A DNA stretch of 62,953 nt, from NCBI GenBank assembly GCA_964462325.1, contig CAYWYQ010000001.1:1-62953 (forward strand), given 5' to 3'. Shown piece by piece: positions 22,801-31,950 of the stretch (position 1 is its first letter; every line of letters starts with the position of its first letter). Under the pieces are notes generated by a model. The model was not told the DNA's origin. It did not search any database and worked only from the letters and a program-made list of their open reading frames with translations. The position numbers and the translations under genes were made by a program. Source of the stretch: an uncultured Gammaproteobacteria bacterium (GTDB lineage: Bacteria > Patescibacteriota > Patescibacteriia > UBA9934).

Positions 22801-23395
22801 TACAATCGAAAGCAGTATGAATGGTGAAGTAGTACTCGATATTGAAACAAAGAATACCTTTCAGGATGTTGGTGGTTTTTTTACTGATAAATTAGAGGTT
22901 TCTGTTGTGGTTGCTTATTTTTACGACACAGATACATACGAATCTTATCTTGAATCAGATTTGCCAAAGTTGTTTAAGCGACTCGAGCATGCGACGCGGG
23001 TTATTGGATATAATAGTAAATATTTCGATATGCCTGTTCTCAATAACTATTATGCAGGTGATCTACTTCAGATTCCTCAACTTGATATGCTTGAGAAGGT
23101 GCGTGAAACACTCGGGCATCGTCTTAAATTAGACTCGATTGCACAAGCAACACTTGGTGGTGGAAAGAGTGCACATGGACTCTTAGCTGTTCAGTGGTGG
23201 AAGGAAGGAAAGATCCAAGAAGTGATTGATTACTGTAAAGATGATGTGAAGGTGACAAAAGATGTCTATGAGTATGGTCTTGATAAAGGATATGTTCTTT
23301 TTGATGATCGTACAGGTGAGCGTCAACAAGCGTATGTTGATTTTTCAATTAATAAAACAGAAGCAGCAGTGCTGAATTTAACACTTGGTTTTTAG
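22790..23395 (+). CDS. RNase H-like fold 3'-5' exonuclease domain protein
   Basis: VVLDIETKN ... IGYNSKYFDMPVL ... YCKDDV fit a DEDD-like pattern. The start is uncertain (ATG 22790 or 22817). Confidence 0.5.
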   Translation: MRCDTIESSMNGEVVLDIETKNTFQDVGGFFTDKLEVSVVVAYFYDTDTYESYLESDLPKLFKRLEHATRVIGYNSKYFDMPVLNNYYAGDLLQIPQLDMLEKVRETLGHRLKLDSIAQATLGGGKSAHGLLAVQWWKEGKIQEVIDYCKDDVKVTKDVYEYGLDKGYVLFDDRTGERQQAYVDFSINKTEAAVLNLTLGF

Positions 23396-23404
23396 TTATC
23401 CACA
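23396..23404 (+). promoter_or_regulatory. perfect DnaA-box 9-mer TTATCCACA upstream of nrdJ
   Basis: Exact match to the consensus. This is the only copy in the window that is not embedded in a dispersed repeat. Confidence 0.4.
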
Positions 23405-23420
23405 TTGTTACGAGATTGCA

Positions 23421-23436
23421 CCACAATATATTGTGG
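23421..23436. promoter_or_regulatory. NrdR box 1
   Basis: CCACAATATATTGTGG is a 16-nt palindrome matching the NrdR operator consensus. It overlaps the extended -10 TGGTATTAT (23434-23442). Confidence 0.8.
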
Positions 23437-23452
23437 TATTATCTTAAAAGAA

Positions 23453-23468
23453 GCACAACATATTGTGT
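23453..23468. promoter_or_regulatory. NrdR box 2
   Basis: GCACAACATATTGTGT, 32 bp centre-to-centre from box 1. This is the typical tandem arrangement. Confidence 0.8.
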
Positions 23469-23600
23469 TCTACCCTATAAAAGAAAAGGGGTGGGTCCCG
23501 GCGGGGTCCTATTATTTTTGCCCTATTTTCACTAGCCAAAAGTTCCAATGGGAATTTATGGGTATTGAAAATACCTTTCGTCAATTAATTGTTTTTATTT

Positions 23601-26600
23601 ATGAACGACCAAAATAAAACAGCACAAAAAGCTGTACAAACTTCTGATGGTATTGGTGATGCTGTCTGGGAGTATATGATTTCTGTAAAAAAAATTCGTA
23701 AGGCTGATGGTAAAGAGGTGGATTTTGATCGTGAGAAACTTCACGGAACACTTCGAAATGCTTTTATAGCCTCTGGGATGAAGGATGAGAAAGACATTCG
23801 AAGAATCACTGAACAAGTGATGTCTCGACTGCAAACAATTTACAATGGCCATACGGTGCCAAAAACGGCTGATATTCGTGAGATAATTACGATGACACTT
23901 GTTGATGCAAATAAGGCGCATGTTGCGAAGAAATTCATGACATATAAGCAGAGTGCAAAGCGCAATAAAACAGAGGGTGAAATCTATGGAAATGGAGTAA
24001 ATATTACACGCTACTTTACGAAGGAAGGTGTACATCCATATGACGAAATCACATGGGAAAAACGTACGGCATCAATTAAAAACGAAAAGGGAGAAGCGAT
24101 TTTTGAACAGCATGATATTGAAACGCCAAGTACATGGTCACAAACGGCAACAAATATTGTCGCTCAGAAATATTTCCGAGGAAAAATCGGAACGGATGAA
24201 CGAGAAACATCCATGAAACAATTAATGGACCGAGTTGCAAAGACGGTTGCAACATGGGGACGAAAAGACGGGTATTTTGCATCTGAAAATGATGCACAGA
24301 TTTTTGAGGATGAACTGACGCATATCATCATTAACCAAAAAGCGGCGTTTAATAGTCCGGTTTGGTTCAATGTAGGTGTGAGTGATCATCCACAATGTAG
24401 CGCATGTTTTATTAATTCGGTGGACGATGACATGCGATCAATTATGCATCTTGCTGTTACGGAAAGTATGTTATTTAAAGGAGGTTCAGGAACAGGATCT
24501 AATTTATCAAAATTACGTTCCTCTCATGAATTCTTGGGCGGATCAAATGGAAAATCATCTGGTCCTATTTCTTTCATGAAAGGATTCGATGCATTTGCAG
24601 GTATTGTGAAATCTGGTGGAAAAACACGTCGAGCTGCAAAAATGGTTATTCTTGACATTGACCATCCAGACATTATTGAGTTTATTGAATGTAAGGTGAA
24701 GGAAGAGAAAAAGGCATGGGCATTGATTGAAGCGGGATATGATGGCTCAATTACGGGTGAAGCATATAATTCGATTTTCTTCCAAAATGCAAATAACTCT
24801 GTTCGCGTAACGGATAATTTCATGCAGGCGGTTGAACAGGATAAAGATTGGAATACGGTTGCAAGAACCACGGGAGAAAATATCGATACCCATAAGGCAA
24901 AGACATTGTTCCGGATGATGGCACAATCTGCTTGGGAATGTGGAGACCCTGGAATTCAATACGATACGACCATTAATACATGGCATACATCAAAAAATTC
25001 AGGGCGAATCAATGCATCAAATCCTTGTAGTGAATATATGTTCCTCGATGATTCCGCTTGTAATCTCGCTTCGCTGAACTTAATGAAGTACAGAAAGGAA
25101 GTGAATGGTGTGATGGAGTTTGATGTCGAATCTTTCAAGGCAGCAGCAACAATCATTATTACAGCGATGGAAATTTTGGTTGGAAACTCAAGTTACCCAA
25201 CACCGGCGATTGAACAGAATAGTCATGACTACAGGCCTCTTGGAATCGGATTTGCAAATCTTGGAGCGCTTCTGATGAGTCGAGGTGTTGCCTATGATTC
25301 TGATGAGGGAAGAAATATGGCTGGATCAATCATGGCATTATTATCTGGTCAGACCTATTATCAATCATCCCGTATTGCAGAAAAGGTTGGGCCTTTTGCA
25401 GGATATAAGCGTAATGAAGAACCGATGCTTGAAGTGATTGGGATGCATCGAGATGCATCGTATGAAATTCCAGCAGAAGGAGTGCCAGCTGATCTGCTTT
25501 ATGAAGCACGGAAGAGTTGGGATATGGCACTTGATTCTGGGAAGAAGTTTGGTTACAGGAATTCTCAGATCTCTGTTCTTGCTCCTACAGGAACAATCGC
25601 ATTCCTCATGGACTGTGACACAACGGGTGTAGAACCAGATATCGCGCTCGTGAAGTACAAGTGGCTTGTCAGTGGAGGATTAATGAAGATCGTAAATGGG
25701 ACTGTCCCAGAGGCGCTTACGAGACTTGGATACTCAAAGGAGCAGTCAGAGGCCATTATTGAGCATATTGATACGCAAGATACAATCGAAGGTGCACCTC
25801 ATATAAAAGAGGAACATCTTCCGGTATTTGACTGTGCATTCAAGGCAAAAAATGGTGTACGAAGTATTCAGTATATGGGGCATCTGCGAATGATGGCGGC
25901 GGTACAACCATTCATTTCTGGAGCGATTAGTAAAACCGTAAACCTTCCGCATGAAGCAACGGTTGAGGATATTGAGGATGTGTATATGGCAGGATGGAAG
26001 ATGGGATTAAAAGCCATTGCGGTGTATCGAGATGGATCGAAGCGCGTGCAGGCATTAACAACCTCGACAGAAAAGGATTCAAAGAAAGCACATAATTCTG
26101 AAGAAGAGGTTGAATCAGATATTCAGGAAGCGCAGCAGGAAATTACGACGGCGAAAGTAACGGCGCAGACAACGGCACCTCGTCGAAGGCGTTTGCCAGA
26201 TGAACGACGTAGCCTAACGCATCGGTTCAATGTTGGTAGCCATAAAGGATATATTACGGTGGGACTTTATAATGACGGGGCTCCGGGTGAGATTTTCATC
26301 ACCATGAGTAAAGAAGGTTCTGTTATTAGCGGTCTTATGGATGCATTTGCGACGAGTGTTTCTATGGCACTTCAATATGGAGTTCCATTACCTGTTCTTG
26401 TGAATAAGTTCTCACATATGCGTTTTGAACCTTCTGGATTCACGAATAATGAACATATTCGCATGGCGAAGTCTCTGGTTGACTACATTTTCCGGTGGCT
26501 AGGAATGAAATTCCTTTCTGCAAAGGATCAGAATAAAATTGGATTAAACCTTGATACAGATGTACAAGAGGTAGCACAGGAAACGGTGGCCATCGTAGAA

Positions 26601-26801
26601 ACACAGAAGCCATTATTTGAAGATGCCGTAGAAGGTGCACAAGAAATAAAACAAAAGGTTGCCGAGGGGACAAATGTACTTACGATGACATTTGATAATA
26701 CATCTGATGCTCCCGTTTGTGATACTTGTGGATCAATTATGGTAAGGAATGCGGCATGCTACAAGTGTCTGAATTGTGGAAATACTTCCGGATGCAGCTA
26801 G
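23601..26801 (+). CDS. nrdJ: adenosylcobalamin-dependent (class II) ribonucleotide reductase with an N-terminal ATP-cone
   Basis: ATP-cone (KIRKADGKEVDFDREKL), NPCSEY active-site region, SGAISKTVNLP, and a C-terminal CxxC...CxxC zinc motif. First ATG at 23601. Confidence 0.9.
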   Translation: MNDQNKTAQKAVQTSDGIGDAVWEYMISVKKIRKADGKEVDFDREKLHGTLRNAFIASGMKDEKDIRRITEQVMSRLQTIYNGHTVPKTADIREIITMTLVDANKAHVAKKFMTYKQSAKRNKTEGEIYGNGVNITRYFTKEGVHPYDEITWEKRTASIKNEKGEAIFEQHDIETPSTWSQTATNIVAQKYFRGKIGTDERETSMKQLMDRVAKTVATWGRKDGYFASENDAQIFEDELTHIIINQKAAFNSPVWFNVGVSDHPQCSACFINSVDDDMRSIMHLAVTESMLFKGGSGTGSNLSKLRSSHEFLGGSNGKSSGPISFMKGFDAFAGIVKSGGKTRRAAKMVILDIDHPDIIEFIECKVKEEKKAWALIEAGYDGSITGEAYNSIFFQNANNSVRVTDNFMQAVEQDKDWNTVARTTGENIDTHKAKTLFRMMAQSAWECGDPGIQYDTTINTWHTSKNSGRINASNPCSEYMFLDDSACNLASLNLMKYRKEVNGVMEFDVESFKAAATIIITAMEILVGNSSYPTPAIEQNSHDYRPLGIGFANLGALLMSRGVAYDSDEGRNMAGSIMALLSGQTYYQSSRIAEKVGPFAGYKRNEEPMLEVIGMHRDASYEIPAEGVPADLLYEARKSWDMALDSGKKFGYRNSQISVLAPTGTIAFLMDCDTTGVEPDIALVKYKWLVSGGLMKIVNGTVPEALTRLGYSKEQSEAIIEHIDTQDTIEGAPHIKEEHLPVFDCAFKAKNGVRSIQYMGHLRMMAAVQPFISGAISKTVNLPHEATVEDIEDVYMAGWKMGLKAIAVYRDGSKRVQALTTSTEKDSKKAHNSEEEVESDIQEAQQEITTAKVTAQTTAPRRRRLPDERRSLTHRFNVGSHKGYITVGLYNDGAPGEIFITMSKEGSVISGLMDAFATSVSMALQYGVPLPVLVNKFSHMRFEPSGFTNNEHIRMAKSLVDYIFRWLGMKFLSAKDQNKIGLNLDTDVQEVAQETVAIVETQKPLFEDAVEGAQEIKQKVAEGTNVLTMTFDNTSDAPVCDTCGSIMVRNAACYKCLNCGNTSGCS

Positions 26802-26839
26802 GGTGGGGTATAATTAGTACATTATAAATAATAATTCTT

Positions 26840-27187
26840 ATGAAAACAGTTCAAAATCAAGGAGTACAGGTCTGGGATATTGTTGTATTATTCCCGCTCC
26901 TATCAGTCGTTATTGTATTATTCGTCATGACATTAGTTGGATTTCAACTTGGTCAGGGAAATGAAATGACGCCATTCTTCCTATCTGTAATTTCTGTCGG
27001 GGGATTTGTCGCCTATGTAGGATCAATTGCATCAATGCTAGCCGGGTATATTTACGGAATTCACAGATTGTATACCCGAACAAAATTGGATGAGAAATCA
27101 AAGTTGTTTTGGCTGTGGATGGTGTTGTTGTTTAGTCCTATATCGGTACCGATACTACACTTCAAACACTTAAGAGCTACCGCTTGA
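26840..27187 (+). CDS. small membrane protein, unknown function
   Basis: Three or four TM helices. The last four codons, including the TGA, lie inside the LH element that starts at 27178. Confidence 0.45.
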   Translation: MKTVQNQGVQVWDIVVLFPLLSVVIVLFVMTLVGFQLGQGNEMTPFFLSVISVGGFVAYVGSIASMLAGYIYGIHRLYTRTKLDEKSKLFWLWMVLLFSPISVPILHFKHLRATA

Positions 27188-27299
27188 AAATGGACGAACT
27201 TTGTCCTCAGTTCTTTGGTCCTCGCTCCATGTACGTATTAGTACACTCCGCTACGGTCCCCGAACTTCGTACAAATTTCATTCCATTTTCTGCGCGGAT
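27178..27299 (+). repeat. LH element, full copy
   Basis: TACCGCTTGAAAATGGACGAACTTTG ... apex GTACGTATTAGTAC (27231-27244) ... TCCATTTTCTGCGCGGAT. Confidence 0.7.
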
Positions 27300-27360
27300 A
27301 AGGTTCAAGGAAATAGCATCCAGTTTTCTGCGCGGGGCTACCGCTTGAAAATGGACGATC
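27300..27360 (+). repeat. LH half-elements (a 3' arm, then a 5' arm)
   Basis: AGGTTCAAGGAAATAGCATCCAGTTTTCTGCGCGG followed by CTACCGCTTGAAAATGGACGATC. Confidence 0.55.
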
Positions 27361-27383
27361 TTGAAAGGCCTATGCCTCCTTCC

Positions 27384-27398
27384 CGAGGTTCAACCTCG
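27384..27398. repeat. GAGGTTCAACCTC palindrome
   Basis: CGAGGTTCAACCTCG. Confidence 0.8.
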
Positions 27399-27456
27399 TA
27401 CGATGAGGAATCACCGATTAATTGTATTTACTGGTGATTTGTAAATAAACACATAT

Positions 27457-27529
27457 TCGAGGTTCAACCTCGAGGTTCAACCTCCGATTTAGCTGTGGAT
27501 AAGCAGGTCCGACCTTGAGGTCGGACCTT
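27457..27529. repeat. composite module: two GAGGTTCAACCTC copies, TGTGGATAA, then paired AGGTC(C/G)GACCT
   Basis: TCGAGGTTCAACCTCGAGGTTCAACCTCC-GATTTAGC-TGTGGATAA-GC-AGGTCCGACCTTGAGGTCGGACCTT. Same architecture as 41183-41231. Confidence 0.75.
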
Positions 27530-27586
27530 GGAGCAATAATGTATAAATTCGATTTCGAGAGGGGTCGGATTTTAACATGAAAAATT

Positions 27587-28177
27587 ATGAACAAACATAT
27601 TCCAATTCCAAAAATGGATCAGAGAATCAAGGAGCATGAGGGTTATGGACTTGTGCAAGTAATTCATGGACACGGAAAAGGAAAAACAACATCTGCACTT
27701 GGACTCGCAATACGTTGTACTGGCTCTGGACATAAGGTAAAAATAATCTATTTTGATAAAGGAGGTTCGGATCATTATTTTGAACGGATCATATTAGATC
27801 GCATTCCTGAGATCGATTACTCAGTAACAGGGCGAGACCGTATCGATCCAAAAACAAATCAATTTGATTTCTCTATACAGGAAATTGATAAAAATGAAGC
27901 AGAACGTGGAATGAGGATCGCGAAAGAAGCGTGTAAGTCAAAAGAGTACGATCTTGTTATTTTAGATGAAATTAATTCAACGGTTGATTTAGATATGGTA
28001 TCGGTTCAGACCGTACTTGACCTTATTCGCAAAAAGTATAAGAAAACGGAGTTGGTTCTTACAGGAAGAAATCCACATAAACTCTTGCTTGACGAGGCGC
28101 ATTTGATTTCTAATGTAAGTCTAGAGCGTCACTATTTTTATTCCGGTGTTCAAGCACGCAAAGGTCTAGATTATTAA
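27587..28177 (+). CDS. cobO: ATP:cob(I)alamin adenosyltransferase (CobO/BtuR type)
   Basis: VIHGHGKGKTTSALGLAIRCTGSGHKV (P-loop), LVILDEIN and ELVLTGRN. Confidence 0.8.
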   Translation: MNKHIPIPKMDQRIKEHEGYGLVQVIHGHGKGKTTSALGLAIRCTGSGHKVKIIYFDKGGSDHYFERIILDRIPEIDYSVTGRDRIDPKTNQFDFSIQEIDKNEAERGMRIAKEACKSKEYDLVILDEINSTVDLDMVSVQTVLDLIRKKYKKTELVLTGRNPHKLLLDEAHLISNVSLERHYFYSGVQARKGLDY

Positions 28178-28190
28178 ATTATAAACTGCT

Positions 28191-28218
28191 TTACAATTAA
28201 GAGAGTCTTCACTATAAT
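28191..28218 (+). promoter_or_regulatory. promoter giving a near-leaderless transcript
   Basis: TTACAA, 16 nt, TATAAT (28213-28218). ATG 28229 lies 10 nt downstream. Confidence 0.5.
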
Positions 28219-28228
28219 TTGCTCGAAT

Positions 28229-28660
28229 ATGAATATTGAAAAAGCCATTCAGCAACTTGAGAACGGTCAGCCGATCGTTGTAGGTGATAAAACAATTGAG
28301 CCAGCCTCTCATGAAAAGATTCACCTAGAGACAGGTGATATGCTCTATCTGTTTCAAGATAGTCACGACATGTGGCTAAGTGTTGATCCAGAATCTGAAG
28401 AGGTCATCCTCTTTCAAACTCTTGATGAGGAACTTGATTCGTCGGAAGAAATACAAGTATTCGGCGGTCATGACTATGAACTCTCCATGCATCACGAAGG
28501 AAATATCATGGATGATGACGAGGAATTAGAAGAAATTGCAATTTATGATTTTGAATCAAGCGATAAAGAAAGGATTAGAATATTGCAATACTCAGTATCA
28601 GGAGAGGTTGTACCAATGATTGGAAGGTTGGTGCCACCAGATGCATTACAGGAAGTATAA
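28229..28660 (+). CDS. acidic cytoplasmic protein, unknown function
   Basis: 143-aa D/E-rich ORF with good promoter and terminator context. No family recognised with confidence. Confidence 0.5.
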   Translation: MNIEKAIQQLENGQPIVVGDKTIEPASHEKIHLETGDMLYLFQDSHDMWLSVDPESEEVILFQTLDEELDSSEEIQVFGGHDYELSMHHEGNIMDDDEELEEIAIYDFESSDKERIRILQYSVSGEVVPMIGRLVPPDALQEV

Positions 28661-28686
28661 AACAGCCACAGGGCTGTTTTTTGTTT
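28661..28686 (+). terminator. intrinsic terminator
   Basis: AACAGCC-ACA-GGGCTGTT followed by TTTTTGTTT. Confidence 0.75.
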
Positions 28687-28712
28687 AGGAATCAGTAGGG
28701 TAAAATAGAGGT

Positions 28713-30593
28713 ATGCGCAATCGCTTCGCGCAAAGACAAGGCCAGAAACGTGATTGGCGCATGAATATGCTGCGCCTTTCATTTATTGTATTTGGGGTTA
28801 TTCTCATTTTCCGCCTTTTCACCATTCAAGTGATTGATGCCGGTTTTTATCATGCATTAGCATCTGGACAGCATTCATTCTATACAGAGCTCTTTGCAAA
28901 AAGGGGAAGTGTCTATGTTCGAGACTGGGTGGATAAGGAAGAATATATCGCAGCGACAAATACGAAAACAGCCTTTATTTTTGCCGAACCATCAAAAATT
29001 CAAAATGCTGAATTCGTTGCAAGACAATTGAGCGTGATTTTTGAATATGAAATGCCAGCAAATTCAGAGAAGCAGGATTCTATTCAAGAAATCTTTTCTG
29101 GATTAGAAATCGTAGAAGAAAATGAAGAATTAGAAGAGGGAACGGAAGAAAGTAATGCAGTAGAGGAAAATCCCTATGAAGAATACGAAATATTGCTTGA
29201 AAGGCTTTCGAAGGAGAATGATCCATATGAGCCAATAAAACGTGGTGTAGATGAGAACACGCTTGATCGAGTCCTTGCATTAGAGATAGAGGGTATCAAT
29301 TACGTACTTGAAGAATCAAGGATATATCCAGAAGAAAATATTGGGGGACATATTTTTGGATTTTTGGGTCAGGGAGATGCTGGGGCGAGAATTGGACAAT
29401 ATGGAATAGAAGGTCATTTTAATACATTTCTTTCTGGGGTGAACGGGTATTTGGATTCAGTGCTTGATCCATCTGGACGGTGGATTGGAGTCGGTAATCG
29501 TTCCTTTGATCCCGCGGTTGATGGTGGTGATATTGTCCTTACAATTGATAGAACAATTCAATATAAGGCATGCGAGGCATTGTCGGAAGGAGTTGAGCGT
29601 TATCAGGCAGATTCTGGAACGATTATTATCCTGGAACCAAAAACAGGAAGGGTTATTTCTATGTGTAATGCACCAGATTTTAATCCAAATACCTATAATA
29701 TGGTCGAGGATATATCTGTGTACAATAATGATGCCGTTTTACATGCATATGAGCCTGGATCAATTTTCAAACCGTTAATTATGGCAGGGGCAATTGATGC
29801 AGGAGCACTCTCTCCGACGACATTGTATGAGGATACGGGTGTAGAAGAGATAGACACCTTTAAGATTCAAAATTCGGACAAGGAAGCTCATGGCTGGCAA
29901 ACAATGACAGATGTGCTTGCGAAATCACTCAATACCGGAATGATTTTTGCGATGCGTTCTATGGGGATGCCAAGTATGAGGGAATACATTGAGGCATTTG
30001 GATTTGGAAAGGTAACGGGCATTGAATTGCCTTCGGAGGTTGAGGGAGATATTTCTTCGCTCGATATAGAATCTGACATTTTCTATGCAACGGCAAGTTA
30101 TGGTCAGGGGATTACGGCAACGCCCATTCAGCTTGCGGCTGCCTATGCAGCTCTAGCCAATGAAGGAAAATTATATACTCCTTATATTGTAGAAGAAATG
30201 AGGCATCAAAGTGGTTATGTTGAAAAAACGGTACCAGAAAAGGTACGGCAGGTTATTGATCCGAAAACAGCAACAACGGTTGGTGCTATGATGGTGCAAG
30301 TGATCGAAGAAGGACACGGCGACCTTGCCGCTGTTCCTGGTTATTATCTTGCCGGGAAGACGGGTACGGCGCAGGTGGTGGCAGAAGGTACTGGTCGTTA
30401 TGATGCAAGTCACACGAAGGCATCATTCGCGGGATTTGGGCCTGTGGAAAATCCTCAATTTGCTATGATCGTTATGCTTGACCATCCAAAAACCTCGCCA
30501 TGGGCATCTGGTACAGCAGCTCCAATTTGGGGGGAGGTGGCAGATTTTATTCTCCAATATTTTGAAATAGCTCCAACAAGAATAATTGAATGA
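28713..30593 (+). CDS. class B penicillin-binding protein (peptidoglycan D,D-transpeptidase, FtsI/PBP2 type)
   Basis: N-terminal TM segment and the motifs SIFKP (SxxK), SLN (SxN) and KTGTA. Confidence 0.9.
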   Translation: MRNRFAQRQGQKRDWRMNMLRLSFIVFGVILIFRLFTIQVIDAGFYHALASGQHSFYTELFAKRGSVYVRDWVDKEEYIAATNTKTAFIFAEPSKIQNAEFVARQLSVIFEYEMPANSEKQDSIQEIFSGLEIVEENEELEEGTEESNAVEENPYEEYEILLERLSKENDPYEPIKRGVDENTLDRVLALEIEGINYVLEESRIYPEENIGGHIFGFLGQGDAGARIGQYGIEGHFNTFLSGVNGYLDSVLDPSGRWIGVGNRSFDPAVDGGDIVLTIDRTIQYKACEALSEGVERYQADSGTIIILEPKTGRVISMCNAPDFNPNTYNMVEDISVYNNDAVLHAYEPGSIFKPLIMAGAIDAGALSPTTLYEDTGVEEIDTFKIQNSDKEAHGWQTMTDVLAKSLNTGMIFAMRSMGMPSMREYIEAFGFGKVTGIELPSEVEGDISSLDIESDIFYATASYGQGITATPIQLAAAYAALANEGKLYTPYIVEEMRHQSGYVEKTVPEKVRQVIDPKTATTVGAMMVQVIEEGHGDLAAVPGYYLAGKTGTAQVVAEGTGRYDASHTKASFAGFGPVENPQFAMIVMLDHPKTSPWASGTAAPIWGEVADFILQYFEIAPTRIIE

Positions 30594-30594
30594 T

Positions 30595-31920
30595 ATGAAA
30601 AAAATAATTGCAAATATCCTTTACAGAAGAGCAAAATCTTATGTAAATACTTGTGAACCAATCATTATTGCTGTGACAGGGTCCCATGGAAAAACAACAA
30701 CAAAAAATGCCATTGGTTCTATTATAAAAGAGGCATATCCGGATCATTTAGTACGCATTCCAGAAAAAAGTTTTAACAATGAATTTGGTACTCCCCTTAC
30801 GGTTCTTGGAGAGAAAAGTCCTGGGAGGTCCATTGTAGGCTGGTTTGCATTGATTATTCGATCATTTTTCTATCGTAAGCGTAGCTGCCCAGAAATATTG
30901 GTGCTTGAATACGGTGCAGATCGTCCAGGAGAAATTGAGCATTGGTGTAAAATGGCGGCTCCGGATATTGGTGTAATTACGGGTATTTCAGAAGTTCATG
31001 CATCAAATTACCCGAATCTTGACGAGCTTATAAAAGAAAAATCTCAATTAGCAGTATACACAAAACAAGTTCTCTGTCTTAACGCTGATGATGATGCAGT
31101 CATGTCTATGCAGGAGAAGATTCAACAGGGAGTAGATGTCTATTCCTATGGGTATGAGGGAGCAACATGTACTATTAAAAAAATATCTGTTCAACCAAAT
31201 AGCGAGGAAATGTTTGAACCAGGAGAGATGTTTGTTGTGACACTGGCTGATGCTACTCTTCAAAAAGAGAACGTTGAAATACGACTGAATAATTTATTTG
31301 GTTATGCACCTATTATGTCGGCAGCAGCAGCTCTGACGGCGCACGAGGGTTTACGTTCTGTAAAAAATTCTCGAACATTAACGAGTAGAGAGGCACTTGA
31401 AGCACTCACTGTTTCTTATACTCCAACACCGGGACGTCTTCGACCTATTGCAGGAATTAAGGGGTCACTTCTCATTGATGATTCCTATAATGCGGCACCA
31501 GCTGCGACGATGAATGGTTTAGATATATTGGATACATTTCCTCTTGCTGAGGAACAGGATAGGCGTATTGCGGTACTTGGAAGAATGGCGGAGCTTGGAG
31601 AACATTCAGATCAAAGGCATTTTGATATTGGTAAACGTGTTGCAGAGGTGGCAGACACCTTTATTGCCGTTGGGGAAGAAATGAAGGTAGCAACAGGTGC
31701 GGCAAGACAGTTTGGAATGAATGATGATGCGATAGAGTGGTTTTCTACGAGCGAGGAAGCAGGAAGGTACCTCGATAGATATGTAAAACAAGGTGACATC
31801 GTTTATATAAAGGGTTCTCAATCTGCTCGCATGGAGAAAGTTGTGAAAGATCTTATGGCTGAACCATTACGATCAAAGGAATTGCTAGTGAGACAAGAAA
31901 AAAAGTGGCTGTGTTCTTAA
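30595..31920 (+). CDS. murF: UDP-N-acetylmuramoyl-tripeptide--D-alanyl-D-alanine ligase
   Basis: IAVTGSHGKTTTK, LEYGADRPGEI and DDSYNAAP motifs. ATG 30595 lies just after the PBP stop. Confidence 0.85.
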   Translation: MKKIIANILYRRAKSYVNTCEPIIIAVTGSHGKTTTKNAIGSIIKEAYPDHLVRIPEKSFNNEFGTPLTVLGEKSPGRSIVGWFALIIRSFFYRKRSCPEILVLEYGADRPGEIEHWCKMAAPDIGVITGISEVHASNYPNLDELIKEKSQLAVYTKQVLCLNADDDAVMSMQEKIQQGVDVYSYGYEGATCTIKKISVQPNSEEMFEPGEMFVVTLADATLQKENVEIRLNNLFGYAPIMSAAAALTAHEGLRSVKNSRTLTSREALEALTVSYTPTPGRLRPIAGIKGSLLIDDSYNAAPAATMNGLDILDTFPLAEEQDRRIAVLGRMAELGEHSDQRHFDIGKRVAEVADTFIAVGEEMKVATGAARQFGMNDDAIEWFSTSEEAGRYLDRYVKQGDIVYIKGSQSARMEKVVKDLMAEPLRSKELLVRQEKKWLCS

Positions 31921-31950
31921 TGGGTTCACTTCTAGGTTTTGGGAGTGATT

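Noticed and set aside
23469-23600. Cobalamin riboswitch in the nrdJ leader, and a T-box leader upstream of alaS (48469-48664).
   Set aside because: I could not find a B12-box-like sequence or the expected multi-stem architecture in the nrdJ leader. The alaS spacer is fully accounted for by palindromic repeats and has no specifier or T-box motif.
27494-27502. oriC inferred from perfect DnaA boxes at 1700-1708, 27494-27502 and 41197-41205.
   Set aside because: Each box is embedded in the same dispersed composite repeat at three distant loci. There is no local cluster of multiple boxes, no AT-rich unwinding element that is clearly separate from the repeats, and no dnaA or dnaN nearby.
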